Below are positions 7,734 through 16,620 of a stretch of DNA of 41,436 nt, one piece after another (positions within the stretch are counted from its first letter, which is position 1; each line of letters opens with the position of its first letter). A model generated the notes under the pieces. The model was not told the DNA's origin. It was given only the letters and a program-made list of their open reading frames with translations, and ran no database searches. Source of the DNA: an uncultured Rhodospirillales bacterium (GTDB taxonomy: Bacteria > Pseudomonadota > Alphaproteobacteria > Rhodospirillales > CAJXLG01); contig CAJXLG010000002.1 of assembly GCA_913055885.1 (NCBI GenBank), positions 1 to 41,436 on the forward strand, read 5' to 3'. The translations under genes were made by a program, and so were the position numbers.

Positions 7734-8528
7734 ATGATCGCCGAAACTGTCTTGCCGGAGCCGCGCACCATGACCACCGGCCTGTATGCCGATCCCGAAA
7801 GCGCCCGGGGAACCCTCGTCAACCAGGACCTGTTGCAGGATGCCTACGACGCCATCCTGGCCGCCTACATCCCCGAGCGGGAGACGCCCGTGGGGGTGCT
7901 GGCCGCCGCCCGCAAGGCGGCGGACCTGGCGGACGCCGTGTGGCACGAGGCGGAAGCGGAAGCGCCGGCCTATGACTGCGACAAGGGCTGTTCCTGGTGC
8001 TGCCATCAGCCCGCGGTGGTAACGCCGCCGGAGGCGCTGGTGCTGGCGGCATGGCTGGCCCGCGAGCGGGACGGCCATGCCTGCGCCGCCCTGGGCGAGC
8101 GGCTGGACGGCCATGCCCGCCGGGCGGCGGGACTGGACACGGCGGCGCGCTTCGCCGACCGTCTGCCCTGCGCCTTCCTGCAGGATGACGGGGCGTGCGG
8201 CGTCTATCCCGTGCGCCCGCTGCAGTGCCGCGCCGTCCATTCCACGGACGCCGGCTTCTGCCAACGCCTGTTCGAGGAACCCTACACGGTCTATCCGGCG
8301 CTTCAGGACGGCACGCTGGCGAGCCCGTTCCTCACCCTGTCCAAGGTGGTCTACACCAGCGTCCAGATGGGCCTGGCGGCCGTCTTCCAGGAGCGCGGCG
8401 TGGCGTGCAGCCGCCTGGCCCTGGAGCCGGCGGCGGCGGTGGCCGTGCGCGATCCGCACGGCACCGCCGAGCACTGGCTGGCCGGGGCGGGGGTGTTCGA
8501 CGCCGCCCTGTGGCCCCACGGGGATTAG
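7734..8528 (+). CDS. YkgJ-family cysteine-cluster protein (UPF0153 zinc/iron-chelating domain)
   Basis: CDKGCSWCCHQ (C-x3-C-x2-CC) followed by CAFLQDDGACGVYPVRPLQCR, the typical YkgJ/CxxCxxCC architecture. The start is set at ATG 7734 because the longer ORF-track start (7656) lies inside the MITE-like element. ATG 7770 is an alternative. Confidence 0.7.
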   Translation: MIAETVLPEPRTMTTGLYADPESARGTLVNQDLLQDAYDAILAAYIPERETPVGVLAAARKAADLADAVWHEAEAEAPAYDCDKGCSWCCHQPAVVTPPEALVLAAWLARERDGHACAALGERLDGHARRAAGLDTAARFADRLPCAFLQDDGACGVYPVRPLQCRAVHSTDAGFCQRLFEEPYTVYPALQDGTLASPFLTLSKVVYTSVQMGLAAVFQERGVACSRLALEPAAAVAVRDPHGTAEHWLAGAGVFDAALWPHGD

Positions 8529-8531
8529 GGC

Positions 8532-9671
8532 ATGGCGGCCGAAGCGCGGGAAAGGCCCTACCTGCGGCTGTTGCATGGGCACCGGCTGCCGCCCGAAGAG
8601 ACGGACCGGGAAACCCTGGCCGCCCTGGCCCGGGCCCTGGCCGCGCCGGACCGGGCCGGCATGGCCGCCGGCCTGGAACGGGTGGCCCTCGACCCCGAGA
8701 CGCCGCCGCCGGCGGCCGTGGCCGTGGGCCGCTACCTGGCGCGCCATGTGGCCCCGCGCCGCGGGCTGGTGCTTCTGGAGACCCTGTATGACCGGCGGGG
8801 CGCCCTGGAGCCGGGAGACCCGCTGTGCGAGGCGGCCCTGGTGCACGGCCGGCGCACGGAAGCCCTGGTGGGTCTGTGGGACGCCGCCGCGGCCGCCGGC
8901 CTGTTGCCCGATTCCGAATGGGTGACGACGGCGGCGGAACAGGCGCGCGGGCGGGGTCTGCCCGGCCTGCCGGTGGTCACCATGCCCCGCTCGGGCACCC
9001 AGTTCCTGGGCAACAACCTGGCGCTCGTCTACCGCCATCGCCCCGTGCCCACCGGGTGCGGCATGTTTCCCGACGTGCGCCTGATCCCGGCGCGCCTGCG
9101 GACGCAGGCGGCCGGCGGCCTGATGAGCACGGACCATACGGCCCCTGTGGCGGCCAACCTGGATGCGCTGGCGGAAGCCGGGATCACGCGCCTGTGCCTT
9201 GTGGTGCGCGACCCCCGGCAGGCGACCCTGTCGCGGCTGAATCAACTGGCGACCGCCAACGACGACATGCGCACGTTCCTGCGCGTGGCGCCGCCCCTGC
9301 CGTTCCCCGAGGCCTGGGAAAGTCTGTCCTTTGCCGACAAGGCCGCGTGGTTCGGCGACCACTGGCTGCCCGTCCTGGTGCGGTGGCTGACGGACTGGCT
9401 GACGGTGGCCGATGCGGACCCCCGGTTCCGCGTGCACGTGACCGCGTTCGAGGCCATGCGCGCCGCGCCACGGGACGCCATCAATGCCATGCTGGCCTTT
9501 GCCGGCGCTTCCTGCCGCCTGAAGGCCACCCTGGCCCCCCACAGCGGGGACCATTATCATGCGAGCGCCGGTGACGCGTGGCGCACCACCCTCCCGGCCG
9601 GGCTGGCGGCACGGTGGGCGGCCGGCGTGCCGGCCGCCCTGTGTCGCCGTTTCGGCTGGCCGGAAGGCTGA
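8532..9671 (+). CDS. Sulfotransferase-domain protein with an N-terminal helical (TPR-like?) extension
   Basis: The C-terminal two thirds carry a 5'-PSB-like loop VVTMPRSGTQFLGNNL and a 3'-PB-like motif VVRDPRQATLSRL, typical of PAPS-dependent sulfotransferases. It starts 3 nt after the YkgJ-like stop. High GC3. Confidence 0.7.
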   Translation: MAAEARERPYLRLLHGHRLPPEETDRETLAALARALAAPDRAGMAAGLERVALDPETPPPAAVAVGRYLARHVAPRRGLVLLETLYDRRGALEPGDPLCEAALVHGRRTEALVGLWDAAAAAGLLPDSEWVTTAAEQARGRGLPGLPVVTMPRSGTQFLGNNLALVYRHRPVPTGCGMFPDVRLIPARLRTQAAGGLMSTDHTAPVAANLDALAEAGITRLCLVVRDPRQATLSRLNQLATANDDMRTFLRVAPPLPFPEAWESLSFADKAAWFGDHWLPVLVRWLTDWLTVADADPRFRVHVTAFEAMRAAPRDAINAMLAFAGASCRLKATLAPHSGDHYHASAGDAWRTTLPAGLAARWAAGVPAALCRRFGWPEG

Positions 9672-9674
9672 CGA

Positions 9675-10253
9675 TCAGGCCGCCTTGACGGGACCCACGG
9701 GCAGAACGGTGCGGCCGTAGACCTCGTTGAGCATGGGCGCCAGCCCGGCATAGACGGCGGACGCGCCGCAGATGATGCCGTCGATGCCGCCGATGATCTT
9801 GATGACGCCGCTGCCCGTCAGGTCGCCCACGGCGAGCAGCACGAACAGGATGACCAGCGTGGCGAACACCACCTGCAGCGCCCGGTTGAGGCGCAGGGTG
9901 GCGACGAAGAGAACCGCCGTGAAGATGCCCCACAGCAGCAGATAGGCGAACATGGCGCCGGGCCCCGGCGCCTTCGCCAGGCCCGCCTCCGACAGGATCA
10001 GGATGCCGGCAAAGCTCAGCCAGAACAGGCCGTAGGAGGTGAAGGCGGTGGTGCCGAAGGTGTTGCCCTTGCGCCACTCCATGATGCCGGCGAGCACCTG
10101 GGCGAGCCCGCCGTAGAAGATCCCCATGCCCAGGATCATGGCGTCCAGCGGATAGAACCCCACGTTCGCCAGGTTCAAGAGCACGGTGGTGACGCCGAAG
10201 GCCGTCAGGCCCAGCGGCGCCGGGTTGGCGGTGGCGTCGGCGGTGGTGGTCAT
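9675..10253 (-). CDS. satP: GPR1/FUN34/YaaH family acetate/succinate channel (SatP-like)
   Basis: 192 aa with six predicted TM segments and the family signature [11 protein letters not shown] near the N-terminus. It lies 15 nt downstream of the EAL gene on the same strand. Confidence 0.85.
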   Translation of the reverse strand: MTTTADATANPAPLGLTAFGVTTVLLNLANVGFYPLDAMILGMGIFYGGLAQVLAGIMEWRKGNTFGTTAFTSYGLFWLSFAGILILSEAGLAKAPGPGAMFAYLLLWGIFTAVLFVATLRLNRALQVVFATLVILFVLLAVGDLTGSGVIKIIGGIDGIICGASAVYAGLAPMLNEVYGRTVLPVGPVKAA

Positions 10254-10268
10254 GGTTGCCCCCGGGTC

Positions 10269-12074
10269 TCAGGTTGATACGGAACGCGTCCCATTGTGCC
10301 GTGCGGCGGGCGGCGCGGGTGTGGCGGTTTTGTGATCATTCCATGGCACGGCGGTCTCATGGGTCATTGCCACGAGGGCCGATTCCGACATGGGACGCCC
10401 GAAATGGAAGCCCTGCGCCATGTCGCAGCCGGCGTCGCGCAGCAGGTCGGCGGCCGCCGCGTCCTCCACGCCCTCCGCCACCACCCGGAAGCCCAGGGCG
10501 TGGGCGAGGGCGATGCTGGAGCGCACGATGGCGGCGTCACGGGTGTCGTTGGGACAGTTGCCGACGAAGGCCTTGTCGATCTTCACCGTGGTGGCGGGGA
10601 CGGTGCGCAAGTGGTTGAGGGCGGAATGCCCGGTGCCGTAGTCGTCGATGGCGAGCATCAGGCCCGCCTGGCGGAAGCGGTCCAGGGCATCGCGGCTGAT
10701 GGAGCCCGACTGGAGGGCGACGCTCTCCGTGATCTCCAGTTCCAACAGGTGGGGCGGCGTTTCCGCCTCGGCCAGGATGCGCAGGACGCGGTCCACCAGC
10801 TCGGGATCCTGGAGGTCGCGGGCGGAGATGTTCACCGCCACCGGCAGGGCGCCGCCCGCCACCGCGCCGTCCCGGGCCCAGCGCGTCACGGTGGGCGCCA
10901 CCTGGAGCAGGATGTGTTCCGTCAGGGCCGGCATGAGGGCCGTCTCTTCCGCCAGCGGGATGAACTTCCCCGGCGGGACGAGGCCGTCCCGTGGATGCTG
11001 CCAGCGGACCAGGGCCTCGGCCCCGCATACCCGGCCCGTGCGCAGGCAGATCTTGGGCTGGTAGACGACGAAGAACTGCGCGTCGCCGATGGCGTCGCTC
11101 AGCTCGCCCAGGCGATGCAGCCGCTCGCGGCGCCCCGCCTCGTCCTCGCCGACGAGGGTCTGGTGGCGGCGGCCCTGCTCGTAGGCCGCCACCGCCGCGG
11201 CCCGGGCGTGGCGCACCATCGTTCCGGCATCGCTTTCCGGCTTGACCACCGTCGTGCCCACGGAGGGTTCCAGGTAGAGGGGGATGCCCTCCACGTGCAC
11301 CGGCTTCGCCAGACTGCGCGCCAGCATGCGGCCGACCGTGACGCCGCCCGGGCCCGCCACGCCGAAGGTGTTGTGGTCGATGCGGAAGATCATGCGCTGG
11401 GGCCCCGAGAGATGCTGCAGCCGCCGGGCCACGCCGGCCATGGCGGCGTCGGCCATGCCCGACCCGAAAGCGGCGCTGATGCGCGGCAGCATGTTGATGG
11501 CCACCACGTGCAGGCCGGTGTTGCCGCCGTTGTAGCGCGTTCCGGCCTCGACCACCGCCTCGAACTGCTGCCGCGTGGGCAGGCCCGTCACCGTGTCGTA
11601 CTGGTTGCATGTCAGGGCGAGGATGATGCCCCGGCGCAGGAAGGCGGCCAGCAGGCCCACCACGCCGCCGGCCAGGCAGAACAGGCCGAGCCGCGCCAGC
11701 CATGCCGGGCTGTCGGGCGGCAGCCCGGTCTCGGGACCGGGCGCCAGGGGGAACCACGGGTTCACCGCCAGCCCGGCGCCCAGGGCCGCCAGCAGGCCGC
11801 CCGGCAGGCCGGCGAAAAAACCCGCCACCACCACGGGGATATAGCCGATGGCCACGGGGGAGACCGGCAGGTTCGTGACCATGCCCGCCAGCCACACGGT
11901 CAAGGTGGTAACGGCCAGGGCCGTGAAGCTCGCCAGCGCCAGAACCATGGGGCCGGGCGCCAGCCACGACCGCACGAGGCGGGAATGTTGATCCTTCGCC
12001 AGCACGCCCGCGGCGTCCGTCGTGACCGCGCGCAGCGCCGCGCGTCGGGCCGGGCCCGCCCGCACACCCAGCAT
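10269..12074 (-). CDS. Membrane-anchored c-di-GMP phosphodiesterase: N-terminal TM region, degenerate GGDEF domain, intact EAL domain
   Basis: EAL-domain motifs are EALVRW, ELEITES, DDYGTGHS and KIDKAFV. The GGDEF position reads RIDHNTFGV, so the diguanylate cyclase site is degenerate. The start at 12074 (ATG) is preceded by GAGGAGG on the minus strand. The longer ORF-track start at 12164 lacks an SD. Confidence 0.85.
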   Translation of the reverse strand: MLGVRAGPARRAALRAVTTDAAGVLAKDQHSRLVRSWLAPGPMVLALASFTALAVTTLTVWLAGMVTNLPVSPVAIGYIPVVVAGFFAGLPGGLLAALGAGLAVNPWFPLAPGPETGLPPDSPAWLARLGLFCLAGGVVGLLAAFLRRGIILALTCNQYDTVTGLPTRQQFEAVVEAGTRYNGGNTGLHVVAINMLPRISAAFGSGMADAAMAGVARRLQHLSGPQRMIFRIDHNTFGVAGPGGVTVGRMLARSLAKPVHVEGIPLYLEPSVGTTVVKPESDAGTMVRHARAAAVAAYEQGRRHQTLVGEDEAGRRERLHRLGELSDAIGDAQFFVVYQPKICLRTGRVCGAEALVRWQHPRDGLVPPGKFIPLAEETALMPALTEHILLQVAPTVTRWARDGAVAGGALPVAVNISARDLQDPELVDRVLRILAEAETPPHLLELEITESVALQSGSISRDALDRFRQAGLMLAIDDYGTGHSALNHLRTVPATTVKIDKAFVGNCPNDTRDAAIVRSSIALAHALGFRVVAEGVEDAAAADLLRDAGCDMAQGFHFGRPMSESALVAMTHETAVPWNDHKTATPAPPAARHNGTRSVST

Positions 12075-12185
12075 GATGCACCTCCTCGGGATGGGGAAGC
12101 CGACGATCCGTTTGTCGGATCCGGCACCCATGATCATACCGGGCCGGGCGACCCCGCCCGCCAACCAAGAAAGTGTGACGCGGGG

Positions 12186-13472
12186 TTACGGAACGAGCGT
12201 TGCCGCGTCGTGCCGCAGCCGGGCGGCGTAAGCGGCGCGGTCGAAGCCGGGACTGTTCTCCGGTGTGTGGCAGGCGCGGCAGCGTCTTCCGCCGGGACGG
12301 GGCGGCGGGATCACACCGCCGGTCGCAACGTGTTCGCGACTCGGGCCGTGGCACGATTCGCACTGCACGCCGCCCAGGTGGGGCGTCAGGTAGGGGTCCA
12401 TGTAGCCGCCGGGCCCGCCCCAGCCGACGACGTGACAGCGCAGGCAGCCGGGGTCGGCGGCCTTGCCGCGCGCCGTCAGGTCGGCCCGCGCATCGGCGTG
12501 GTCGCTCCTGCGCCAGGCGGCGTGGGCGGGACCGTGGCAGGCGCGGCAGCCGTCGGCCCCGACATAGGGCGTCTCGCCCGCCCGCGCCCGTTCGCGCCGG
12601 GCGACCCGGGCGCGGTAGTCCGCCCGCCGTGCCTCGGCATAGGCTGCCTGCCAGGCGTCCAGGGGGCCGAAATCGGGCACGCCGGCGCGCAGCGGGACCG
12701 TCTGGTGCCGCCACAGGGCCACCTCGCCGCGCGCGTTCACCTCGACGGTCAGCCGCACCAGCCGCATGCCGCGTTCGGCGGGATGGACCACCAGGGTGCC
12801 GTCCCGGACGCGCGTGGGCGCCGGCCTGGGCCCGGCGCGGCCGGCGGCCAGCACGTCGATGCCGGCGAGGTGGAGGGCGGCCCGTGCCCGCTCCGGCGCC
12901 GCGCTCGTCAGGAGCACGGTGAGCGCGCCCCGGGCGTCGGCGGCACGCAGGGCGGCCAGCACGGGCGTCGCCGGGCCGGCGCGCACACGGTCGCGGGCCG
13001 TGTCGGCGCCCGGCGGGTACCAGGCCCCGAGCATCACCGGCACGCCGTTGACGCGCGTGTGACGCACGGCGGGCAGGCCCGTGCCGCCGGCGTTGCCGGC
13101 GAGCCAGGGCAGGGCGTCCCGGCGCAGGGGCGCCAGGCCGTAGGCCGTGTCGCCCGGCCCCAGGGCGACGCCGTCGAGGCCGAGGCGGGCCAGACCACGC
13201 CGGATGGCGCGTGAGCGCAGGCGATGCCCCGGCACGGCGGGATCGAACAGGTCGCCCGTGGAGACGTGAAGGACACCGGGGGCCTGCCGGCGCAGGCGGG
13301 CGAGGGCGGTGGCGCGCCGTGCGATGCCGCCCGTGTCGCCGCCCGCCGAGCAGGCGCAGGGCGCCACTTCGCCCTGGGGACCGCCGCTCACGGCGAGGGT
13401 CACCGTCTCCAGCGCCCGCGCGGCGCCGGGCAGGAGCACGAGGCCGGCCAGGGCGAGCGCGGCGAGGCGCAT
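12186..13472 (-). CDS. Secreted tetraheme c-type cytochrome (cytochrome c554-like C-terminal domain) fused to an N-terminal phosphoesterase-like/unknown domain
   Basis: The ATG at 13472 is preceded by GGAGGGAGG. Signal peptide MRLAALALAGLVLLPGAARA. Four CxxCH motifs (CRACH, CLRCH, CESCH, CRACH) lie in the last ~150 aa. The N-terminal ~270 aa contain APCACSAGGDTGGIARRA and STGDLFD. The rest of ORF 12186..14840 overlaps the MCP out of frame and is rejected. Confidence 0.8.
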   Translation of the reverse strand: MRLAALALAGLVLLPGAARALETVTLAVSGGPQGEVAPCACSAGGDTGGIARRATALARLRRQAPGVLHVSTGDLFDPAVPGHRLRSRAIRRGLARLGLDGVALGPGDTAYGLAPLRRDALPWLAGNAGGTGLPAVRHTRVNGVPVMLGAWYPPGADTARDRVRAGPATPVLAALRAADARGALTVLLTSAAPERARAALHLAGIDVLAAGRAGPRPAPTRVRDGTLVVHPAERGMRLVRLTVEVNARGEVALWRHQTVPLRAGVPDFGPLDAWQAAYAEARRADYRARVARRERARAGETPYVGADGCRACHGPAHAAWRRSDHADARADLTARGKAADPGCLRCHVVGWGGPGGYMDPYLTPHLGGVQCESCHGPSREHVATGGVIPPPRPGGRRCRACHTPENSPGFDRAAYAARLRHDAATLVP

Positions 13473-13600
13473 GAGGAGCCTCCCTCCCGGTGTCGGTTCA
13501 GCCGGAAACGGCCCCGTTCCCGTTGTCCCGCGGTCGTTCTGCCCGGGCGGGCGGCCGCCCGGGGCCGGGGCGGCCGCCGGAAGGCGCCCGGAAGGGGCGG

Positions 13601-15538
13601 TCAGGCGGATTCCCGACCGCCCCGGATCTCGCCGAGGAAACGATCCACCTCCGACTTGATGGATTCCGCCCTGTCGGAGACGGCGCCGGCGGATTCCAGG
13701 ATGTGGCCGGCCCGCTCGCCCGTGTCCTGGGCGGCCTCCTGCACGTTCTCCATGTTGTCGGCGGCGCTGCGCGCCCCCTCGGCGGCGCTTTCCACGCTGC
13801 GGGCGATCTCCGAGGTGGCGGCGTTCTGCTCCTCCACCGCCGAGGCGATGGACGAGGTGATCTCCTGCACCTGCTGAATGACCCGGCCGATGTCCCGGAT
13901 GGCGTTCACCGCCGAGCGGGTCTCGTTCTGGACGCCCTGGATCTGGCTGGAAATGTCGTCCGTGGCCTTGGTGGTCTGGTTGGCCAGGTTCTTCACCTCG
14001 TTGGCCACCACGGCGAAGCCCTTGCCGGCCTCGCCGGCCCGGGCCGCCTCGATGGTGGCGTTCAGCGCCAGCAGGTTGGTCTGGTCGGCGATGTCCTTGA
14101 TGAGGCTCACCACCTCGCCGATCTGCTCGGCGGAGCCGGCCAGGCCCTCCACCTGCTGGTTGGTCTCGTCGGCCTTGGTGGCGGCGTTGTTGGCGATCTC
14201 CGTGGACTGCTGCACCTGCCGGCTGATCTCCTGGATGGAGGAGGACAGCTCCTCGGCCGAGGAGGCCGCCGTGGAGACGTCCTCGGCGGCGCTCTGCGCC
14301 GCCCGGGCGGCGGTGCCCGCCCGTTCGGCGGCGTTCCCCGAGCCGTCCGCCATGGCCTGGGCCGTGCTCTGGAGGTCTTCGGCGGCCTCGGAGAGGCCGC
14401 CCACCACCTCGCCCACGCTGGATTCCAGGGTGCCGGCCATTTCCTCGCGGCGGGCGGCTTCCCGTTCCTCGGCCTTGCGGCGTTCTTCCGCCTGTTCTTC
14501 CTCCATGCGCCGCATTTCGCGCGTGCGTTCCTTGAACACCTCCACGGCGTTGGCGACGTTCCCCACCTCGTCCTTGCCGTGGTAGTGCAGTTCCACGGTG
14601 GTGTCCCCCTGGGACAGGGCGTCCAGGGCGGCGACGGCCTCCGTGAGCGGGGCGAAGGCGCGGCGCAGCATCCACCACAGGCCGCCCACGGCGACGACGA
14701 TGGGGACAACGACAAGCGCCGCCGTGATCCAGGCGAGCCGCGTGGCGGTGGCCGCCTGGTCCGTGACGTCGCGGGCCATGCCCAGGTACCCCATTTCGTT
14801 TCCGGCGGCGTCGGCGACGGGGTAGAGGGTCACCCGCCACGTCCTGTCCTGTGCCGTGCTCTGCCGCACGGCCCCCTGGTGACCGGCGGGCAGGGCGGGG
14901 GCCAGGGCCTTGAAAAGCGCGGGGTCGGTGGCCGTGTCCAGGGTGCCGTCGTCGTGGATGAAGAACACCGAGCGGTCGGTGTGCTTCTTGATGCCCTCGG
15001 CGGGGCCCTTGAGGGTGCTGCCCATGAGGGCGCCGCCCACGGGATCGCCCCGGACGAACAGCGGCAGGGCGACGCGGGCGACGAAGCGGCCGTCCGCCGC
15101 CTGTTCCAGGCCCGCCTGCACCTTGCCCGTCTTCATGGCCTTTCCGAGCAGCGCGCTGTCCACCTTCTCCGGGGCCTCTTCGGGGGCCGTGAAGAGCGTG
15201 GCCATGTCGGTGGTGGTGATGGTGAGGCGGTCCAGGGTGCCGGCCTGACTCATGCGGTTATAGGTGCCCTCCGCCGTGCTGCGCAGGGCGTCCTCGTCGC
15301 CCTGCTGCACGGCGCGCAGGGCTCCGCGATTGCGTGTCAGGGTCGAGGCGCCGGTCTCGATGGCCTCCAGTTTGCCGTTGAGGGTCTTGGCCCAGAGGGC
15401 GGCGGCGCCGGTGAGCGCCGCCTCCTCCAGCCGATGGGTGGCGGCCCGGTCGCGCATGACGCCGGCCCCCACCAGGGCCACCGTCACCACGCCCAGGGCC
15501 GCCAGCCCCACCAGCGTGATCCGTGTCCGGACCAGCAT
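13601..15538 (-). CDS. Methyl-accepting chemotaxis protein with a large periplasmic sensor domain, HAMP and MA domains
   Basis: 645 aa. It has an N-terminal TM segment, a ~260-aa periplasmic region, a second TM segment and a HAMP domain. The signalling hairpin is highly conserved ([40 protein letters not shown]). Confidence 0.9.
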   Translation of the reverse strand: MLVRTRITLVGLAALGVVTVALVGAGVMRDRAATHRLEEAALTGAAALWAKTLNGKLEAIETGASTLTRNRGALRAVQQGDEDALRSTAEGTYNRMSQAGTLDRLTITTTDMATLFTAPEEAPEKVDSALLGKAMKTGKVQAGLEQAADGRFVARVALPLFVRGDPVGGALMGSTLKGPAEGIKKHTDRSVFFIHDDGTLDTATDPALFKALAPALPAGHQGAVRQSTAQDRTWRVTLYPVADAAGNEMGYLGMARDVTDQAATATRLAWITAALVVVPIVVAVGGLWWMLRRAFAPLTEAVAALDALSQGDTTVELHYHGKDEVGNVANAVEVFKERTREMRRMEEEQAEERRKAEEREAARREEMAGTLESSVGEVVGGLSEAAEDLQSTAQAMADGSGNAAERAGTAARAAQSAAEDVSTAASSAEELSSSIQEISRQVQQSTEIANNAATKADETNQQVEGLAGSAEQIGEVVSLIKDIADQTNLLALNATIEAARAGEAGKGFAVVANEVKNLANQTTKATDDISSQIQGVQNETRSAVNAIRDIGRVIQQVQEITSSIASAVEEQNAATSEIARSVESAAEGARSAADNMENVQEAAQDTGERAGHILESAGAVSDRAESIKSEVDRFLGEIRGGRESA

Positions 15539-15550
15539 GGCCCCACCGCG

Positions 15551-16021
15551 CTATTCGGTGGGGTAGCCGGCGGCCTTCCAGGCCGGGAAGCCGCCGCGGA
15601 AGTAGTAGACCTTGTCCCAGCCCATCTTGACGGCGGCGCGCGCCGCCTTGGAGCTGCGGAAGCACTCGGGACCGTTGCAGTAGAACAGCACGGGCTCGTC
15701 CTTCTTGACGATCTTCTTGAGGGCCTTCTGGTTGAAGTCGTTGTGCAATTCCAGGTGCTGGGCCCACGGAATGCGGCCCGCCTGCCAGTCGGAATCGGAG
15801 CGCGGATCGACGAAGGTGATGCCCTCGTCGAACAGCTTCTTGGCCTTCTTGGCGTCCACGGCGGTGGCGCCCGCCACTTCCTTCACGGACTTGTCCCGGC
15901 CGCTCCACCAGTCCTTCATGGTGGCCCAGGTGACGTCCTTGGCGGCGGCGTCCCCGGGGTTCGCCAGGCCGCCGGCGATCAGCCCGGCGGCAACGGCCGC
16001 GGCGGTCACGATGGTACGCAT
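15551..16021 (-). CDS. Periplasmic rhodanese-domain protein (sulfurtransferase-like)
   Basis: The ATG at 16021 is preceded by GGGGAGGAGG. Signal peptide MRTIVTAAAVAAGLIAGGLANPGDAAA. Rhodanese fold with active-site loop FYCNGPECFRSSKAA and C-terminal GGFPAWKAAGYP. The stop is 12 nt upstream of the MCP start. Confidence 0.85.
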   Translation of the reverse strand: MRTIVTAAAVAAGLIAGGLANPGDAAAKDVTWATMKDWWSGRDKSVKEVAGATAVDAKKAKKLFDEGITFVDPRSDSDWQAGRIPWAQHLELHNDFNQKALKKIVKKDEPVLFYCNGPECFRSSKAARAAVKMGWDKVYYFRGGFPAWKAAGYPTE

Positions 16022-16081
16022 GGTCCTCCTCCCCTTGCCTCGATTTTTAGCAAAATCACTTTTTATTGTTGTTCGCCCGAC

Positions 16082-16110
16082 ATTGTATCCGAAAAGGTTG
16101 TGCTTGCCAA
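16082..16110 (-). promoter_or_regulatory. Strong sigma70-like promoter for the rhodanese-MCP transcription unit
   Basis: The minus strand reads TTGGCA (16110-16105), a 17-nt spacer, then TACAAT (16087-16082). It sits in an AT-rich patch about 60 nt upstream of the rhodanese ATG. Confidence 0.5.
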
Positions 16111-16182
16111 CACGCCGTCCGCAAAAGGCCATGTACCATCCGGGTGCCCGCCTTTATCGGGCGTCGGGGGGCATGGCGGTAA

Positions 16183-16620
16183 TCAGGGCGCGGGGAGGCG
16201 GACCGTCTTCTCGGCGAAATGGCAGCGCCGGCCGGTGACGCAGTAGGCGTAATCGAGTCGCACGGCGGGCGGATCGTCCGCGGGGAAGGCGGGACAGGAG
16301 AGGGTCCAGCGGGCGCGCGGCGGGCCGAAGCCCCACCAGCTCCGTTCCACGGCGATGCGCCGGGGCAGGGTGCCGCGCCACGCGGTGCCGTCCGCCTTCG
16401 CCGGGGCGACGCGGAGGTCGTAGCCGGGGGATATCTTGTAGCGGCCACGGCCCGCGAGGTGGAAGCGGGCGCGGCACACGCCGTCCGCCCGCGTGGTGTG
16501 GATCGTGAGGCGGGCGCCCGGCAGGCGGTGTTCCAGGCTACCGGCCAGGGCGGGCGGAATCAGCGCGGCTGCCAGGACCGCCGCCAGGACCGTCGCGGCG
16601 GCCGTTCTCTGCCGGATCAT
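16183..16620 (-). CDS. Small secreted Cys-containing protein of unknown function
   Basis: The ATG at 16620 gives the signal peptide MIRQRTAAATVLAAVLAAALIPPALAG. The mature part has four Cys. High GC3. No clear SD, and the 5' end overlaps the upstream gene by 83 nt. No family recognised. Confidence 0.5.
   Translation of the reverse strand: MIRQRTAAATVLAAVLAAALIPPALAGSLEHRLPGARLTIHTTRADGVCRARFHLAGRGRYKISPGYDLRVAPAKADGTAWRGTLPRRIAVERSWWGFGPPRARWTLSCPAFPADDPPAVRLDYAYCVTGRRCHFAEKTVRLPAP

Noticed and set aside
7572-9560. 662-aa minus-strand ORF opposite the YkgJ-like and sulfotransferase genes
   Set aside because: The plus-strand frames carry specific motifs (CxxxCxxCC, and the PSB and 3'-PB loops) and are tightly coupled. 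The minus frame is Gly/Arg/Pro/Gln-rich and begins inside the MITE-like element.
13473-13600. Intrinsic terminator between the MCP and cytochrome genes (palindromes GGGCGGCCGCCC / GGCGGCCGCC)
   Set aside because: GC-rich self-complementary segments are present, but no U-tract follows on the transcribed (minus) strand. I cannot distinguish a terminator from generic GC-rich palindromes.
10296-16246. Plus-strand ORFs 10296..13214 (972 aa) and 13490..16246 (918 aa)
   Set aside because: Both are antisense to the EAL, cytochrome, MCP and rhodanese genes. Their translations are dominated by Gly/Arg/His/Ala/Val runs with no domains, which are high-GC artefacts.
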